DNA of 64,000 nucleotides from Candidatus Moraniibacteriota bacterium (GCA_963743885.1 CAVURJ010000002.1:305706-369705); one strand, 5' to 3'; numbered from the stretch's first letter, positions 1 to 10,833 are shown. Notes: generated from the sequence alone by a model not told the origin. Numbers and translations: made by a program.

Positions 1-2
1 TC

Positions 3-1517
3 GATCCGTATATCAACGTCGATGCCGGAACGATGAATCCGACAGAACACGGCGAAGTCTTCGTGCTGAAGGATGGCTATGAGACGGACCAAGACATGGG
101 CAACTATGAGCGGTTCCTTGATATTGAGCTGGATCGCGACAATTATATGACGACCGGCCGCGTCTACAAGGCGGTCATTGAGCGTGAACGCAACTTGGAA
201 TACCAGGGTCGCTGCGTCCAGGTGGTGCCGCATATCCCGCTCGAGGTCATTGCGCGTATCAAGAAGGCAGCTAGGAAGGCAAAGGCGGATATTGCCATCA
301 TCGAGATCGGCGGGACGGTCGGCGAATACGAGAACATCCTCTTCCTCGAAGCGGTGCGCATGATGACGATCGAACATCCGAAGGATGTGTTGACGGCAAT
401 TGTGAGCTATGTGCCGACACCGTCCAAGGTGGGCGAGATGAAAACCAAGCCGACTCAGCACGCGGTCAGGACGCTCAATGGTACCGGCATCCGTCCGGAT
501 ATCATCGTCGCGCGCGCCGATCGGCCGCTCGACGAGAAGCGCAAGGAAAAGCTGGCGATCTTCTGCAATGTGCGGAAAGACGATGTGATCAGTGCGCCGG
601 ATGTCGAGAGCATCTACGATGTGCCGCTCAATTTTGAGAAGGACGAGCTTTCGAAGATCATTCTGAAGAAGCTTGGGCTCCGGGCGAAGAAGCAGGGCGG
701 GCTGAAGGAGTGGGAGAAGCAGGTGAAGCGGATCCATGCTGCCAAGGGCGAGGTGCGGATCGGCGTCGTCGGCAAGTATTTCAAGACGGGAGACTTCGTC
801 CTTTCTGATGCCTATATCAGCGTGCTCGAGGCGGTCAAACATGCGGCCTGTGTCGCGGGGCGTAAGGCGTCCATTGATTGGATTGATAGCACGGAGTTTG
901 AAGGGGATGCGAAGAAGCTCGCGGAGCTCAAGCACTATGACGGTATCCTCATTCCGGGCGGTTTCGGTAGCCGTGGTATCGAGGGCAAGATCGCGGTTAT
1001 CCGGTATTGCCGGGAAAACAAGATTCCGTATTTCGGATTGTGCTACGGTATGCAGCTCGCGGTCATCGAGTACGCCCGCCATATCCTCGGACTCTCGGAT
1101 GCTCATACGACGGAGGTGGCGCCGGAAACCAAGCACCCGGTCGTCGACATCATGCCGGAGCAGAAGGAGAATCTTCGCAAGAAGAACTACGGCGCGACCA
1201 TGCGACTCGGGCACTATGATGCGCATATCCGTCCCGGCACCATCGCTCGCAAGGCGTACGGTGAGGATTCTGTCTTGGAGCGCCATCGCCATCGCTATGA
1301 GGTCAATCCGGAGTATGTGAAGGATTTGGAGAAAGCTGGACTCGTCTTTTCCGCGACGTCACCCGATGGCGTGCTCATGGAGATCGCCGAGCTACCGAAG
1401 GCGAAGCATCCGTTCTTCCTCGCGACCCAGTTCCATCCGGAATTCCAGTCGTCGCTTACCCGTCCGCATCCGCTCTTCGTCGCTTTCGTCGCCGCCTGCG
1501 CCCGCGGGAAGAAATAG
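3..1517 (+). CDS. pyrG: CTP synthase (5' truncated by window edge)
   Basis: Frame open from position 3 (DPYINVDAGTMNPTEHGEVFV); GGTVG, KTKPTQH, GLCYGMQ, RHRHRYE and QFHPE glutaminase motifs. Confidence 0.98.
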   Translation, partial: DPYINVDAGTMNPTEHGEVFVLKDGYETDQDMGNYERFLDIELDRDNYMTTGRVYKAVIERERNLEYQGRCVQVVPHIPLEVIARIKKAARKAKADIAIIEIGGTVGEYENILFLEAVRMMTIEHPKDVLTAIVSYVPTPSKVGEMKTKPTQHAVRTLNGTGIRPDIIVARADRPLDEKRKEKLAIFCNVRKDDVISAPDVESIYDVPLNFEKDELSKIILKKLGLRAKKQGGLKEWEKQVKRIHAAKGEVRIGVVGKYFKTGDFVLSDAYISVLEAVKHAACVAGRKASIDWIDSTEFEGDAKKLAELKHYDGILIPGGFGSRGIEGKIAVIRYCRENKIPYFGLCYGMQLAVIEYARHILGLSDAHTTEVAPETKHPVVDIMPEQKENLRKKNYGATMRLGHYDAHIRPGTIARKAYGEDSVLERHRHRYEVNPEYVKDLEKAGLVFSATSPDGVLMEIAELPKAKHPFFLATQFHPEFQSSLTRPHPLFVAFVAACARGKK

Positions 1518-1526
1518 TCTTTAACT

Positions 1527-1931
1527 ATGTCATCATTTGAAAATCTAGAGCAGAAGATAGATCCGGCGAGGATACTCCAAGAGCTCTTTGAAGCTGATCA
1601 GAAAGACCGATCAGACAACCTCTTTGCTACTAATGAAAAACTTTTCTCAGAGCGAGAAGGGGCTCGATATCGAAAAGCCCAAGAACTCTACGTGCTTTTC
1701 GAAAAGGATCCGGCTTTATTTTCTGGAGAAATGAAATTCGATTTAGCTCTTCTTTTTCAGCATGGAGCAAATACTGAAGATTACGAAAGAGCGTTCCACC
1801 TTGCGCAGGCGGCTGAACAAGATGGTTTCGATGGAGCAGAAACATTAGTCAGAGCGACTGAGGACCGCTATCTCCTCTCTATTGGAGAATCACAGAAATG
1901 GGGCACACAGATTTTGAAAGATAAGGACTAA
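1527..1931 (+). CDS. Hypothetical helical protein (DUF6624-like)
   Basis: 134 aa ORF, AT-richer than neighbours; LFQHG..DY..A..LA and EDRYLLSIGESQKWGTQ resemble the DUF6624 signature (recalled, not searched). Confidence 0.6.
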   Translation: MSSFENLEQKIDPARILQELFEADQKDRSDNLFATNEKLFSEREGARYRKAQELYVLFEKDPALFSGEMKFDLALLFQHGANTEDYERAFHLAQAAEQDGFDGAETLVRATEDRYLLSIGESQKWGTQILKDKD

Positions 1932-1969
1932 GTTAACGATGACGGCAAAAATTTCCTTAGAGGAAAGAA

Positions 1970-1994
1970 AAACCCCGCACTCGGTGCGGGGTTT
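1970..1994. terminator. Bidirectional intrinsic terminator
   Basis: aaaccccgcac-tcg-gtgcggggttt between convergent genes. Confidence 0.75.
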
Positions 1995-2026
1995 ATACTT
2001 GATACATGATACGAAATACGTGATAC

Positions 2027-2380
2027 TTATTTCGTTTTCTTCACAGCAACCTTCTTCTTCGGAGCAGCAGCCTTCTTGGCTGGAGCAGCGACTTTCTTCT
2101 TCTCTGCGACGATGACGTGGACGAAGGTGCGCTCGACGAGCTTGCCGGTGAAATCCTTGACCTTCTTGGTCTGGAATTCGACGGCGCCGTTCTTCATGGC
2201 GAAGAGGGTGTCATCGTTGCCGCGTTTCACGTTCTTGCCCGGCTGGACTTTGGTGCCGCGCTGGCGAATGATGATATTGCCGATTTCTACCTGCTGGCCG
2301 CCATAAATCTTCACGCCGAGACGCTTCGATATGGAATCACGACCGAGGGCTGTAGATCCGCCTGCTTTTCTGGTTGCCAT
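2027..2380 (-). CDS. rpmA: 50S ribosomal protein L27 with Lys/Ala-rich C-terminal tail
   Basis: [43 protein letters not shown]. Confidence 0.97.
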   Translation of the reverse strand: MATRKAGGSTALGRDSISKRLGVKIYGGQQVEIGNIIIRQRGTKVQPGKNVKRGNDDTLFAMKNGAVEFQTKKVKDFTGKLVERTFVHVIVAEKKKVAAPAKKAAAPKKKVAVKKTK

Positions 2381-2467
2381 AACCGCTTTCCTTAAGGTAT
2401 ATTACACGGGAATTTTTTGCTATACTCAAAGAGCATATCATCATCTCGAAGTCTTGTCAATCATGGG

Positions 2468-2866
2468 ATGGACACGTCGCACTGGATGAAAAAAGTCGCA
2501 AAATGGGCATCTTCCAACCGGGGACGGCTTTTTCTGTTCTTTGGTATGGTGCTTGTGGGTGGTCTCTGTTTCGAGGCAGGGCTGCTCTACGGAGCGCTCC
2601 GGGAGACGGAAGCGGTCTCTGTATCCTTGGTAGCGCCTTCCCAGGCGGCTGAGGCGATGCCAGCGGTGCAAACTGCCCGGGTCGCGGGGGAATCCACCGT
2701 TTCCGTGGCGGCAGCCACTTGCGCGTTCGTTGGGAGCCGCAATTCTGACAAATATCATCTGCCGAAGTGTGCCGCCGCCAAGCGTATCAAGCCGGAGAAC
2801 ATCGTCTGTTTCGCTTCGGAAGAGGATGCGAAGAAGAGGGGATATGTGGCGGGATGCCTGAAGTAG
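2468..2866 (+). CDS. Membrane-anchored protein with Ada-type metal-binding domain
   Basis: N-terminal TM helix; FVGSRNSDKYHLPKC...IKPEN..CF.SEEDA...GY..C. Confidence 0.75.
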   Translation: MDTSHWMKKVAKWASSNRGRLFLFFGMVLVGGLCFEAGLLYGALRETEAVSVSLVAPSQAAEAMPAVQTARVAGESTVSVAAATCAFVGSRNSDKYHLPKCAAAKRIKPENIVCFASEEDAKKRGYVAGCLK

Positions 2867-2900
2867 AATAAATCCAAAGCTCAAAATCATAAGCTCCAAA

Positions 2901-3038
2901 TAACGGGTATTGAACTCCAGGGCAAGCCCTGGACCCAATCCCCCTCCGCCAGGGACGGAGGGTATTGCCCCGATTTTACCTGCGTTCCTCTCGGAAACGA
3001 GAGTTTACTCTCGTTTCACTCGCTACACTTGGTAATAA
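2901..3038. repeat. Dispersed structured element, copy 1 (TAAcgggtatt...ttggtaaTAA)
   Basis: Ends and stems shared with 14900-14982 and 47605-47759. Confidence 0.8.
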
Positions 3039-3177
3039 ATCCAAAGTATAAATTTCAAAAATTTGAGCATTTGAATTTATGATTTGTTTGGAAATTGTGG
3101 TTTTGGATTTTGTGTTTTACAGATTTTGAAAAAACGAACATCAACGCCGGTATGATATACTGGTTAAAATAGTAAAC

Positions 3178-4386
3178 GTGTTGCGCAATATGGTTCATAT
3201 AGACAATTTCGACAAGCAGAAATCGACCGTCGTGAGTATTGTCTCGCTCATGCTCGGATTTTTCGGAGCTCTTCTCCTGTATATCCTTTCAGCGTACTTT
3301 TCCGAGGTGTCGGGGAGCGACAATGTCGGTGTCTTCTATATCGCTGCTTATGCCGGGACGCTCGTTTCGCTTTATCTCATCCGTCCTCTCATCCGTAAGA
3401 TCGGCAAGGCTCGGCTTCTCTTCCTCTCGCTCGGCCTGACGGTTTTTCTGCTTGCGCTTCTCACGCATCTGCCGGTTTCGTGGTTGCCGGTCGCACTGCT
3501 TCTTCTTATGCTTATCGTCGATAGCGTCACCTGGGTGACGCTTGATATCATCCTTGAGGGGTATTCGTCGGACGGCATGTCGGGGCGGATCCGAGGCATG
3601 CACCTCACCATTATGAATATCGGTGTCCTGTCGGCGCCGTATGCTTCGACGTCGGTGCTCGACCGGTTTGGCTATGAGGGTATCTTCTTCGTGATGCTGC
3701 TCGGGTACATCGTGATCTTTCTCGTCTCGCTCGTCTCGCTCCGGGGTGGCAATGGCACGTTCCGCGAGCAGCTCAATCCTGAGCAAGCGTTCCGCCGGAT
3801 GCTCCGGGAGAAGGATCTGCTCCGCATCTATATCGTCTCCTTTTCGCTCGAGTTCTTCTATGCGCTCATGACGATCTATACGTCACTCCGTATGCTCGAG
3901 ATTGGCTTCTCTTGGCATGAGATCGGTATCGTCTTCACGGCGATGCTCCTGCCATTCGTGCTCTTCCAGTATCCGCTTGGAGCCTTCGCTGACCAGAAGA
4001 TGGGGGAGAAGGAGATGCTCATCGGCAGCCTGGTGCTCCTCACGCTTTCGACCGGAGCGCTCTATTTTCTCGGCGTCCACAGCGTCCTTGCTTGGGGTGC
4101 GGCGCTCTTCCTGACGCGCGTCGGCGCGGCCGGCATCGAAGTGCTCCGCGATTCGTATTTCTACAAGCAGGTAGATGGTGACGATATGGATATCATCGCT
4201 TTCTTCCGTACGGCTCGTCCGGCCGCCGGCCTCATCGGTTCCGCACTTTCCGCTTGGATGCTCGTCTTCTTGCCGATCGAGAGCGTCTTTCTGCTCGTAG
4301 CAGCCCTCTTCATTCCAGTGATCGTATCGACCCTTTTCCTTCGGGATACGGCGAGTGAGGCGGAATTGACCAAGAAGGCTGTCTAG
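3178..4386 (+). CDS. MFS transporter
   Basis: 402 aa with about 12 hydrophobic segments; G.FADQKMGEK MFS-like loop motif. Confidence 0.85.
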   Translation: MLRNMVHIDNFDKQKSTVVSIVSLMLGFFGALLLYILSAYFSEVSGSDNVGVFYIAAYAGTLVSLYLIRPLIRKIGKARLLFLSLGLTVFLLALLTHLPVSWLPVALLLLMLIVDSVTWVTLDIILEGYSSDGMSGRIRGMHLTIMNIGVLSAPYASTSVLDRFGYEGIFFVMLLGYIVIFLVSLVSLRGGNGTFREQLNPEQAFRRMLREKDLLRIYIVSFSLEFFYALMTIYTSLRMLEIGFSWHEIGIVFTAMLLPFVLFQYPLGAFADQKMGEKEMLIGSLVLLTLSTGALYFLGVHSVLAWGAALFLTRVGAAGIEVLRDSYFYKQVDGDDMDIIAFFRTARPAAGLIGSALSAWMLVFLPIESVFLLVAALFIPVIVSTLFLRDTASEAELTKKAV

Positions 4387-4461
4387 AGCCATTTCCAGAA
4401 TTTGAAAAACCGCAGAAAAATGCTATTCTAGGAGAGAGGAAGATCCCTCTCTCTTTTTGTT

Positions 4462-5166
4462 ATGCACTATCATTTCCGCCTCCAGCAATTCGAAGGGCCG
4501 CTTGATCTCTTGCTTGCTCTTATCGAGAAGGAAAAGCTCGATATCACCCAGGTATCGCTCGCCCAGGTGGCGGACCAGTATCTTGAGCACATCCAGGAAG
4601 ATAAGGAGCATATCTCGCTCGAGCATCTTTCCTCGTTCCTTTCTGTCGCGGCGCGGCTGATCCTTATCAAATCCAAGGCACTCCTTCCGATCCTCTCGTT
4701 CAGTGACGATGAGGAGATGATGATGGATGACCTCGAAGCGCATCTCCGCGCGTATCAGCGGTTTCGTGAGGCGGCGGCGAAGCTCGGCGCTCTCTTCGCA
4801 GGAGCAAAGGCTGCTCGCATGCGCGAGAGTTTCCTCGGCAGCCAGTCGGTCTTCTATCCGCCGCAGGATCTTTCGGCAGCCGACCTCCGCGCGCACTTTC
4901 TCGACGTGCTCGGTACTATTCCGGTCTTCGAGGCGCTGCCGGAGAAGGAGATTCGCGCCGTCATCACGCTCGAAGAGAAGATCGCGACGCTTCAGCGGAC
5001 GCTTTCGGAACGGGCCGAATCGTCGTTTGCAGAACTGGCCGCCAGCGCGAAGGATCGTGTCGAGGTGGTTGTCTCGTTCCTCGCGATACTCGAGCTCGTG
5101 AAGCAGCGTTTCATCTTCGTCGAGCAGGGTGGGACGTTCGCTGATATCCGTATCAAGAAACTTTAA
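4462..5166 (+). CDS. scpA: Segregation and condensation protein A
   Basis: FEGPLDLLL.LI...KLDI..VSL..VADQYL; C-terminal VVVSFLAILEL. Confidence 0.95.
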   Translation: MHYHFRLQQFEGPLDLLLALIEKEKLDITQVSLAQVADQYLEHIQEDKEHISLEHLSSFLSVAARLILIKSKALLPILSFSDDEEMMMDDLEAHLRAYQRFREAAAKLGALFAGAKAARMRESFLGSQSVFYPPQDLSAADLRAHFLDVLGTIPVFEALPEKEIRAVITLEEKIATLQRTLSERAESSFAELAASAKDRVEVVVSFLAILELVKQRFIFVEQGGTFADIRIKKL

Positions 5167-5178
5167 ACTACATCACGT

Positions 5179-5838
5179 ATGGACTCATCCAAGCTCATCT
5201 CGGCTCTCGAATCACTGCTCTTCATCAGCGGCGAGCCGCTTTCGTACGGTCGGCTGGAAAAGACGCTTGCTGCATCGAAGGACGAGCTCCATGTCGCTGC
5301 AGAAGCGCTCGCGAAACGGTACGCGGATGATGCCGCATCGGGACTGGTCATTCTTTTTGAGGGCAGCCAGGTAGCGATGGCGACCAAGCCGGAAAATGCC
5401 GCGCATGTCGAAGCCTTCACCAAGAGTGCGCTCACGGAAAGTCTGTCGAAGGCGGCGCTCGAAGTGCTTGCCATCATCGCCTATCGGGCGCCGGTGACGC
5501 GCGCTGAGATCGACGCGATCCGAGGGGTCAACTGCAGCTTCACGCTCCGCAACCTGTTGCTCCGTGGTCTGATCGAGCGCGAAGGCAATCCTGATGACAG
5601 CCGCGGCTATATCTACCGTCCGGCGTTCCGTTTCCTCGAAGTGCTCGGATTGTCCAAAACATCAGAGCTACCAGATTTTGAAGCGCTTTCACAGGATGAG
5701 CGGCTGACGATGATCCTCGAGGAAGAAGCCAAGGAAGCCGAAGCGCTCGTTGGCGATGTTTCTGAAGGCGTGGAAAACGAGAGTAAGCTTGAAGATCAGG
5801 ATGACAGCCAGCCATCATCGCCAGTTACCAGTCACTAG
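5179..5838 (+). CDS. scpB: SMC-Scp complex subunit ScpB
   Basis: LESLLFISGEP; LSKAALEVLAIIAYRAPVTRAEIDAIRGVN; directly follows scpA. Confidence 0.95.
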   Translation: MDSSKLISALESLLFISGEPLSYGRLEKTLAASKDELHVAAEALAKRYADDAASGLVILFEGSQVAMATKPENAAHVEAFTKSALTESLSKAALEVLAIIAYRAPVTRAEIDAIRGVNCSFTLRNLLLRGLIEREGNPDDSRGYIYRPAFRFLEVLGLSKTSELPDFEALSQDERLTMILEEEAKEAEALVGDVSEGVENESKLEDQDDSQPSSPVTSH

Positions 5839-5856
5839 TTACCGATTCCCAGTCCC

Positions 5857-6885
5857 ATGCGCAAGCTCATCGTATTCATCATAGCGGCAGGCGTAGCCTA
5901 TTACGCGGTCATCGGTCGTGACGCGGGTTTTTCGGCGCACGGCGAAGGATTGCTTGGATTCTTCCAGCCGCGGCACGAGAGCCGGGTGGCTGGCGCTCGG
6001 ACCGCTGATGTCGAGATGCCGCAGCCGTACGTGGCTGAGAGCCGTGAGCTGACGACGACGTTCCAGCCGGTGCTCAAGCCGTATGCGCCGCGTATCGAGG
6101 TGGTGACGGCACATGCCTCTATCATTATGGATGCTGATTCCGGTGAGGTGCTCTATAGCCGCAATGCTGATGTGGAGCGGCAGATCGCATCGCTTACCAA
6201 GCTGTTCACGGCGACGCTCGCTATGGAGCGGATCACTGATCTCAATGAGCTCGTGACGATTGATGAGGAGGCGGTCTATGCTGAGGGGACGCGCATCGGC
6301 TGCCCACGGTCCGGCTTTTGTAATGGTGAGCGTCTCAAGGTAGGTGAAAAAATTTCTGTTCGTAGTCTGCTCAAGGCGGCACTCATGAATAGCGCCAATG
6401 ATGCGGCGATCGCGCTCGGTAAGCATATGGGTGGGACGCAGGATGGTTTCGCGAAGATCATGAACGAGCGGGCCAAGGAGCTTGGTCTCGTGCATTCGCA
6501 CTTCTGTACGCCGTCAGGACTCGAGCCGGATGGGCGGGAGAGTGAGTGTTATTCTTCGGCTTCGGACGTGGCGAAGATTGCGGTCCATGCGCTCGAGTTT
6601 CAGGAGATATGGAGCATCATGCAGATCGAGAAGGATGTCATCACGTCATCCGACGGCAGGTATAGCCATGAGCTCTTCAATACTGACCAGCTACTCGGTC
6701 AGATGCCGAACCTGATTGGCACGAAGACGGGCTTCACGCCGAATGCCGGCTATTCGCTCCTTGCGGTCGCATCCGATGGGACGCGGGGACATCGTATCGT
6801 CTCGGTGGTGCTTGACGACCCGTACCGCTGGCAGACTATCCGGTCGATGTTTGACTGGAGTTTCTCGGCGTTCGATTGGAAATAA
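5857..6885 (+). CDS. D-alanyl-D-alanine carboxypeptidase (peptidase S11)
   Basis: IASLTK (SxxK), SAND (SxN) and KTGFT motifs; N-terminal anchor. Confidence 0.92.
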   Translation: MRKLIVFIIAAGVAYYAVIGRDAGFSAHGEGLLGFFQPRHESRVAGARTADVEMPQPYVAESRELTTTFQPVLKPYAPRIEVVTAHASIIMDADSGEVLYSRNADVERQIASLTKLFTATLAMERITDLNELVTIDEEAVYAEGTRIGCPRSGFCNGERLKVGEKISVRSLLKAALMNSANDAAIALGKHMGGTQDGFAKIMNERAKELGLVHSHFCTPSGLEPDGRESECYSSASDVAKIAVHALEFQEIWSIMQIEKDVITSSDGRYSHELFNTDQLLGQMPNLIGTKTGFTPNAGYSLLAVASDGTRGHRIVSVVLDDPYRWQTIRSMFDWSFSAFDWK

Positions 6886-7032
6886 CCAAGACTATGCTCT
6901 CCGGCCCGTTTCTTTGTTGCGACCATGCAGTGCTCGACGCGGTACCGGAAAGTACCGCTTACTCCGCGCTTCGGTCGCGCCTCGAACCGGACTCGGATAT
7001 CACAGTCTTGGAAAATAACGTATACTAGCCAT

Positions 7033-8142
7033 ATGGAAACGATGCAGATAGCCCAGATCCAGAGCATCCCGCTCGTCATGAATGTCCTCAAGGTTTTCGC
7101 GACCGGATTTTTGGCATTTTTGCTCGCCTTCGTCCTGACGCCTTTGTGGACGCACATCCTTTTCAAGTATAAGTTTGGCATCAAGATCAAGAAGAACGAT
7201 GTCAATGGAGAGAAGCTGACATTCGTGAGCAAGCTCCATGCTGGCAAAGCAGGGACACCGACGATGGGTGGTGTGATCGTCTGGGTCTCAGTGTTTATTC
7301 TCGTGCTCGTATCGCATTACGCTTTCCCGTACATCGCGGAGTGGACGGATACCAACTTCATCGCTCGTCTCGATTTCTTCAAGCGTTCACAGGTCTGGCT
7401 GCCGCTTTTCGTCTTGGTGACGGCTGGCATCCTGGGCCTTTTTGACGACTATATGAGTGTCCGCGGTTGCGGTACCAATAAGGGCGGCGGCATGCGCTTC
7501 GCCTTTCGTTTCTGGTGGCTGTTCATCATTGCTGGTGCGGGCGCCTGGTGGTTCTATGACAAGCTTGGTTGGGACCAGATCCATGTGCCAGCAATCGGAG
7601 ATTTCACTATCGGTTGGTGGTATATCCCGCTTTTCATCTTCGTGATTCTCTTTGCGGCTATCTCCTCCAACGAGACGGACGGTTTGGACGGCTTAAATGG
7701 CGGCGTGCTGCTCATGGCGTTCTCGGCTTTCTCACTCATCGCCTTCATGCACAACAAGATGGATCTGGCGGCCTTCTGCGCCGCGATCGCGGGCGCGCTC
7801 CTGGCATTCCTCTGGTTCAATATCTATCCGGCGCGCTTCTTCATGGGAGATACGGGAGCGATATCGCTTGGTACGACGCTCGGCGTCGTCGCGATGCTCA
7901 CTGATTCCGCACTCGTGCTTTTCGTTGTTGTTTTCATCTATGTGCTCGAATCAAGTTCTGTAGCGATACAGCTTACGAGCAAGCGTTTCTTCGGGAAGAA
8001 GGTATTCCTTGCCGCTCCGCTCCATCATCATTTCGAGGCCAAGGGTTGGCCCGAGCCGAAGGTGGTCATGCGCGCCTGGGTCTTCTCGGCGATCACGGCT
8101 CTTCTTGGCGTGATGATCGGGATATTGGGGATGGGGAAGTAA
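7033..8142 (+). CDS. mraY: Phospho-N-acetylmuramoyl-pentapeptide transferase
   Basis: KAGTPTMGG, LFDDY, NETDGLDGL, FMGDTG, APLHHHFE; start placed at ATG 7033. Confidence 0.96.
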   Translation: METMQIAQIQSIPLVMNVLKVFATGFLAFLLAFVLTPLWTHILFKYKFGIKIKKNDVNGEKLTFVSKLHAGKAGTPTMGGVIVWVSVFILVLVSHYAFPYIAEWTDTNFIARLDFFKRSQVWLPLFVLVTAGILGLFDDYMSVRGCGTNKGGGMRFAFRFWWLFIIAGAGAWWFYDKLGWDQIHVPAIGDFTIGWWYIPLFIFVILFAAISSNETDGLDGLNGGVLLMAFSAFSLIAFMHNKMDLAAFCAAIAGALLAFLWFNIYPARFFMGDTGAISLGTTLGVVAMLTDSALVLFVVVFIYVLESSSVAIQLTSKRFFGKKVFLAAPLHHHFEAKGWPEPKVVMRAWVFSAITALLGVMIGILGMGK

Positions 8143-8249
8143 GGAATTGCAGATTTTTGATTGTAGATTGTAGATTGGATCCGAAAAAATCTGAAATCAT
8201 AAATCTGCAATCTGCAATTAATCGCGTTTATTCACATAAGATATTGCCT

Positions 8250-9296
8250 ATGATCATGCGCAGTATAGAAAAGGAAAATTTTTCAGGAAAAAAAGTTCTG
8301 GTACGGGTGGATTTCAATGTCGAGATGAACAACATCGGCGAAGTCGAGGAGCATTTCCGTTTCGACATTGCCAAAAAAACCGTCGATCATATCTTGTCGT
8401 TTCCTGGGGCGAAGGTTGCACTCCTCACGCATTTCGGTCGACCGGATGGCAAGCCGGTGCCGGAATATTCTACGGGTCGCCTCGTGCCAGCTGCGGAGCG
8501 CGCTCTCGGAAGGAAGATCACCTTCGTCGATGATTGCGTAGGCGACAAAGTGATCGCGGCACTCGCTTCGCTTGAGGAGGGTTCCGTCGTTCTGCTCGAG
8601 AACGTCCGTTTCTATGCCGAGGAAGAGCGTGATGACATGGTTTTCGCTGAGCGTCTTGCCCGGCCGTTCGACCTCTATGTTAATGATGCTTTCAGTGTCT
8701 GTCATCGCGCGCATGCGTCCGTCTCGGCGGTGACGAAGCGTCTACCATCATGTGCTGGTTTCCGCGTGCTCGAAGAGGCGTCGCGGCTTGATGATGTGCG
8801 CTTCTCGCCGGAGCACCCAGCGATCGCAGTCATCGGCGGTGCCAAGATAGAGACTAAGCTGCCACTCATCCATGCGCTTGAGAGTGAGTACGACTGCATC
8901 CTGGTCGGCGGCAAGATTGCCAACGAAGCGATCGACCAGAAGATCGAGTTTTCCGACAAGGTGCTCCTGCCGAAGGATTTCGCGAAGGATCGGCTTGATA
9001 TCGGCCCCAACACGGTCGCGTATTATACTCAGATCATCAAGACAGCGAAGACGATCGTCTGGAACGGCCCGATGGGCAAGTTCGAGGAGAAGCCGTACGA
9101 TATCGGCACGGGAGCCATCCTTGAGGCGATGGTTGAGAGCCAGGCGTTCGTGGTGATCGGCGGCGGCGAGTCGCTCGCGGTTATCGAGCATGCTGGCGTC
9201 TACGACAAGATCGGTTTCGTATCATCTGGCGGCGGTGCGATGCTCGAGTACATGGGTGGCAAGAAGCTTCCAGGACTTGAGGTGTTGGAATCATAG
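8250..9296 (+). CDS. pgk: Phosphoglycerate kinase (short form, about 348 aa)
   Basis: VRVDFNV, THFGRP, LLENVRF, NDAFSVCHRAHAS, GGAK, WNGPMG, GGG; start at ATG 8250. Confidence 0.96.
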   Translation: MIMRSIEKENFSGKKVLVRVDFNVEMNNIGEVEEHFRFDIAKKTVDHILSFPGAKVALLTHFGRPDGKPVPEYSTGRLVPAAERALGRKITFVDDCVGDKVIAALASLEEGSVVLLENVRFYAEEERDDMVFAERLARPFDLYVNDAFSVCHRAHASVSAVTKRLPSCAGFRVLEEASRLDDVRFSPEHPAIAVIGGAKIETKLPLIHALESEYDCILVGGKIANEAIDQKIEFSDKVLLPKDFAKDRLDIGPNTVAYYTQIIKTAKTIVWNGPMGKFEEKPYDIGTGAILEAMVESQAFVVIGGGESLAVIEHAGVYDKIGFVSSGGGAMLEYMGGKKLPGLEVLES

Positions 9297-9504
9297 AAGA
9301 AACAAGACGTAAGAGGCAAGAAAGAGTCATGTCCTCTAAAAGCACCAAATCCAAAATTGCAATTTCCAAATAAATTACAATACTCAAAATCCAAATATGA
9401 CTCATATCGTTCCTGGTTTTGAAATTAGAATTTGTGATTTATTTGGAGCTTGTAATTTTGAATTTTAAGTTTTTTTGTGCATTATATTTTAATGAAAAAA
9501 TCAT

Positions 9505-10779
9505 ATGGCAAAAATAGTTGAAGTAAAGGGGAGGGAGATCCTTGATTCGCGCGGCAACCCGACGGTCGAAGTGACTGTGACGCTCGAAGACGGGACGATG
9601 GCGCGTTTTGGAGTGCCGTCCGGCGCTTCGACGGGTGCGTTCGAGGCAGTCGAGCTTCGCGACAATGATCCGAATCGCTATGGCGGCCTGGGCGTGCAGA
9701 ATGCTGTGTCGCATGTGAATGGTGAGCTCCGTGAGGCAGTCATCGGCATGGAGGCTGGTGATCAGAAAGCGCTTGATGACAAGATGATCGCGCTCGATGG
9801 TACGGAGAACAAGGGTCGCTTCGGTGCGAACGCTATCCTCGGCATATCAGCAGCCGCCTGCCGGGCAGCGGCCAAATCAGCTGGTAAGCCGCTCTATGAG
9901 CATATCTCTTCCTTGTATGACGCTAAGAAGGGGGCAAGGTATCCGGTTCCGATGTTCAACATCGTGAATGGTGGCAAGCATAGCGATTCTGGTCTTTCGG
10001 CGCAGGAGTTTAAGCTCGTGCCGTACGGTATCGCTTCATACGCAGATCAGCTGCGGGCTGGGAGCGAGATCTTCCATGCACTGAAGAAGCTTTTGGAGAA
10101 AGAAGGCTTCGCGGTTGGTGTCGGAGACGAAGGTGGCTTTGCTCCACACCTTGAGAGCCATGCGCAGGCACTTGAGATGATTGGCCAGGCTGTCGCAGCG
10201 GCCGGATACAAGCTTGGCGAGCAGGTCTTCATCGGTCTCGATGTGGCTGCCAACTCATTCTACGAATCAGCTGATGACCAGTACGCGCTCAAGCCTGAGA
10301 ATGTGAATCTTTCTCGCGAGAGCCTCATCAATGTCTATCGTGAGTGGATGGAGAAGTACGCCGTCGTTTCCATCGAAGACGGTCTCCATGAGGAGGACTG
10401 GAGCGGCTGGGCGCAGATGAAAGAGAAGCTCGAGAAGGAAGAGACGGCCTGGAAGCAGCCGCTTATGCTGATCGGCGATGATCTCCTCGTGACCAACGTG
10501 AAGCGCCTTGAGAAGGCGATCGCGGAGAACTCTTGCAATGCGGTGCTTATCAAGCTCAATCAGATTGGTACGGTGACAGAGACGCTCGCGTGTATGCGGA
10601 TGGCGGCCGAGCATAATATGAATCGTGTCATTTCGCACCGTTCAGGCGAGACGATCGACGACTTCATCGCGGACTTGGCAGTCGGTACCGGAGCGGAGTT
10701 CATCAAGACCGGATCGCTCTCTCGTGGCGAGCGCATCGCGAAGTACAATCGCCTGCTCGAGATTTCGGAAAAGCAGTAG
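9505..10779 (+). CDS. eno: Enolase
   Basis: REILDSRGNPTVEV, PSGASTG, GDEGGF, SHRSGET, IKTGS.SRGER.AKYN. Confidence 0.99.
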   Translation: MAKIVEVKGREILDSRGNPTVEVTVTLEDGTMARFGVPSGASTGAFEAVELRDNDPNRYGGLGVQNAVSHVNGELREAVIGMEAGDQKALDDKMIALDGTENKGRFGANAILGISAAACRAAAKSAGKPLYEHISSLYDAKKGARYPVPMFNIVNGGKHSDSGLSAQEFKLVPYGIASYADQLRAGSEIFHALKKLLEKEGFAVGVGDEGGFAPHLESHAQALEMIGQAVAAAGYKLGEQVFIGLDVAANSFYESADDQYALKPENVNLSRESLINVYREWMEKYAVVSIEDGLHEEDWSGWAQMKEKLEKEETAWKQPLMLIGDDLLVTNVKRLEKAIAENSCNAVLIKLNQIGTVTETLACMRMAAEHNMNRVISHRSGETIDDFIADLAVGTGAEFIKTGSLSRGERIAKYNRLLEISEKQ

Positions 10780-10833
10780 GAAATAAGCTTTGGCGTCTTA
10801 GGGGTTTGTAGAAAAACGTAAACAATAAATACT

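Noticed and set aside
6938-7000. Hairpins upstream of mraY as a riboswitch
   Set aside because: The stem gcggtac/gtaccgc is present, but no known aptamer motif was recognised and a likely -10 box (tatact, 7021) lies downstream of it
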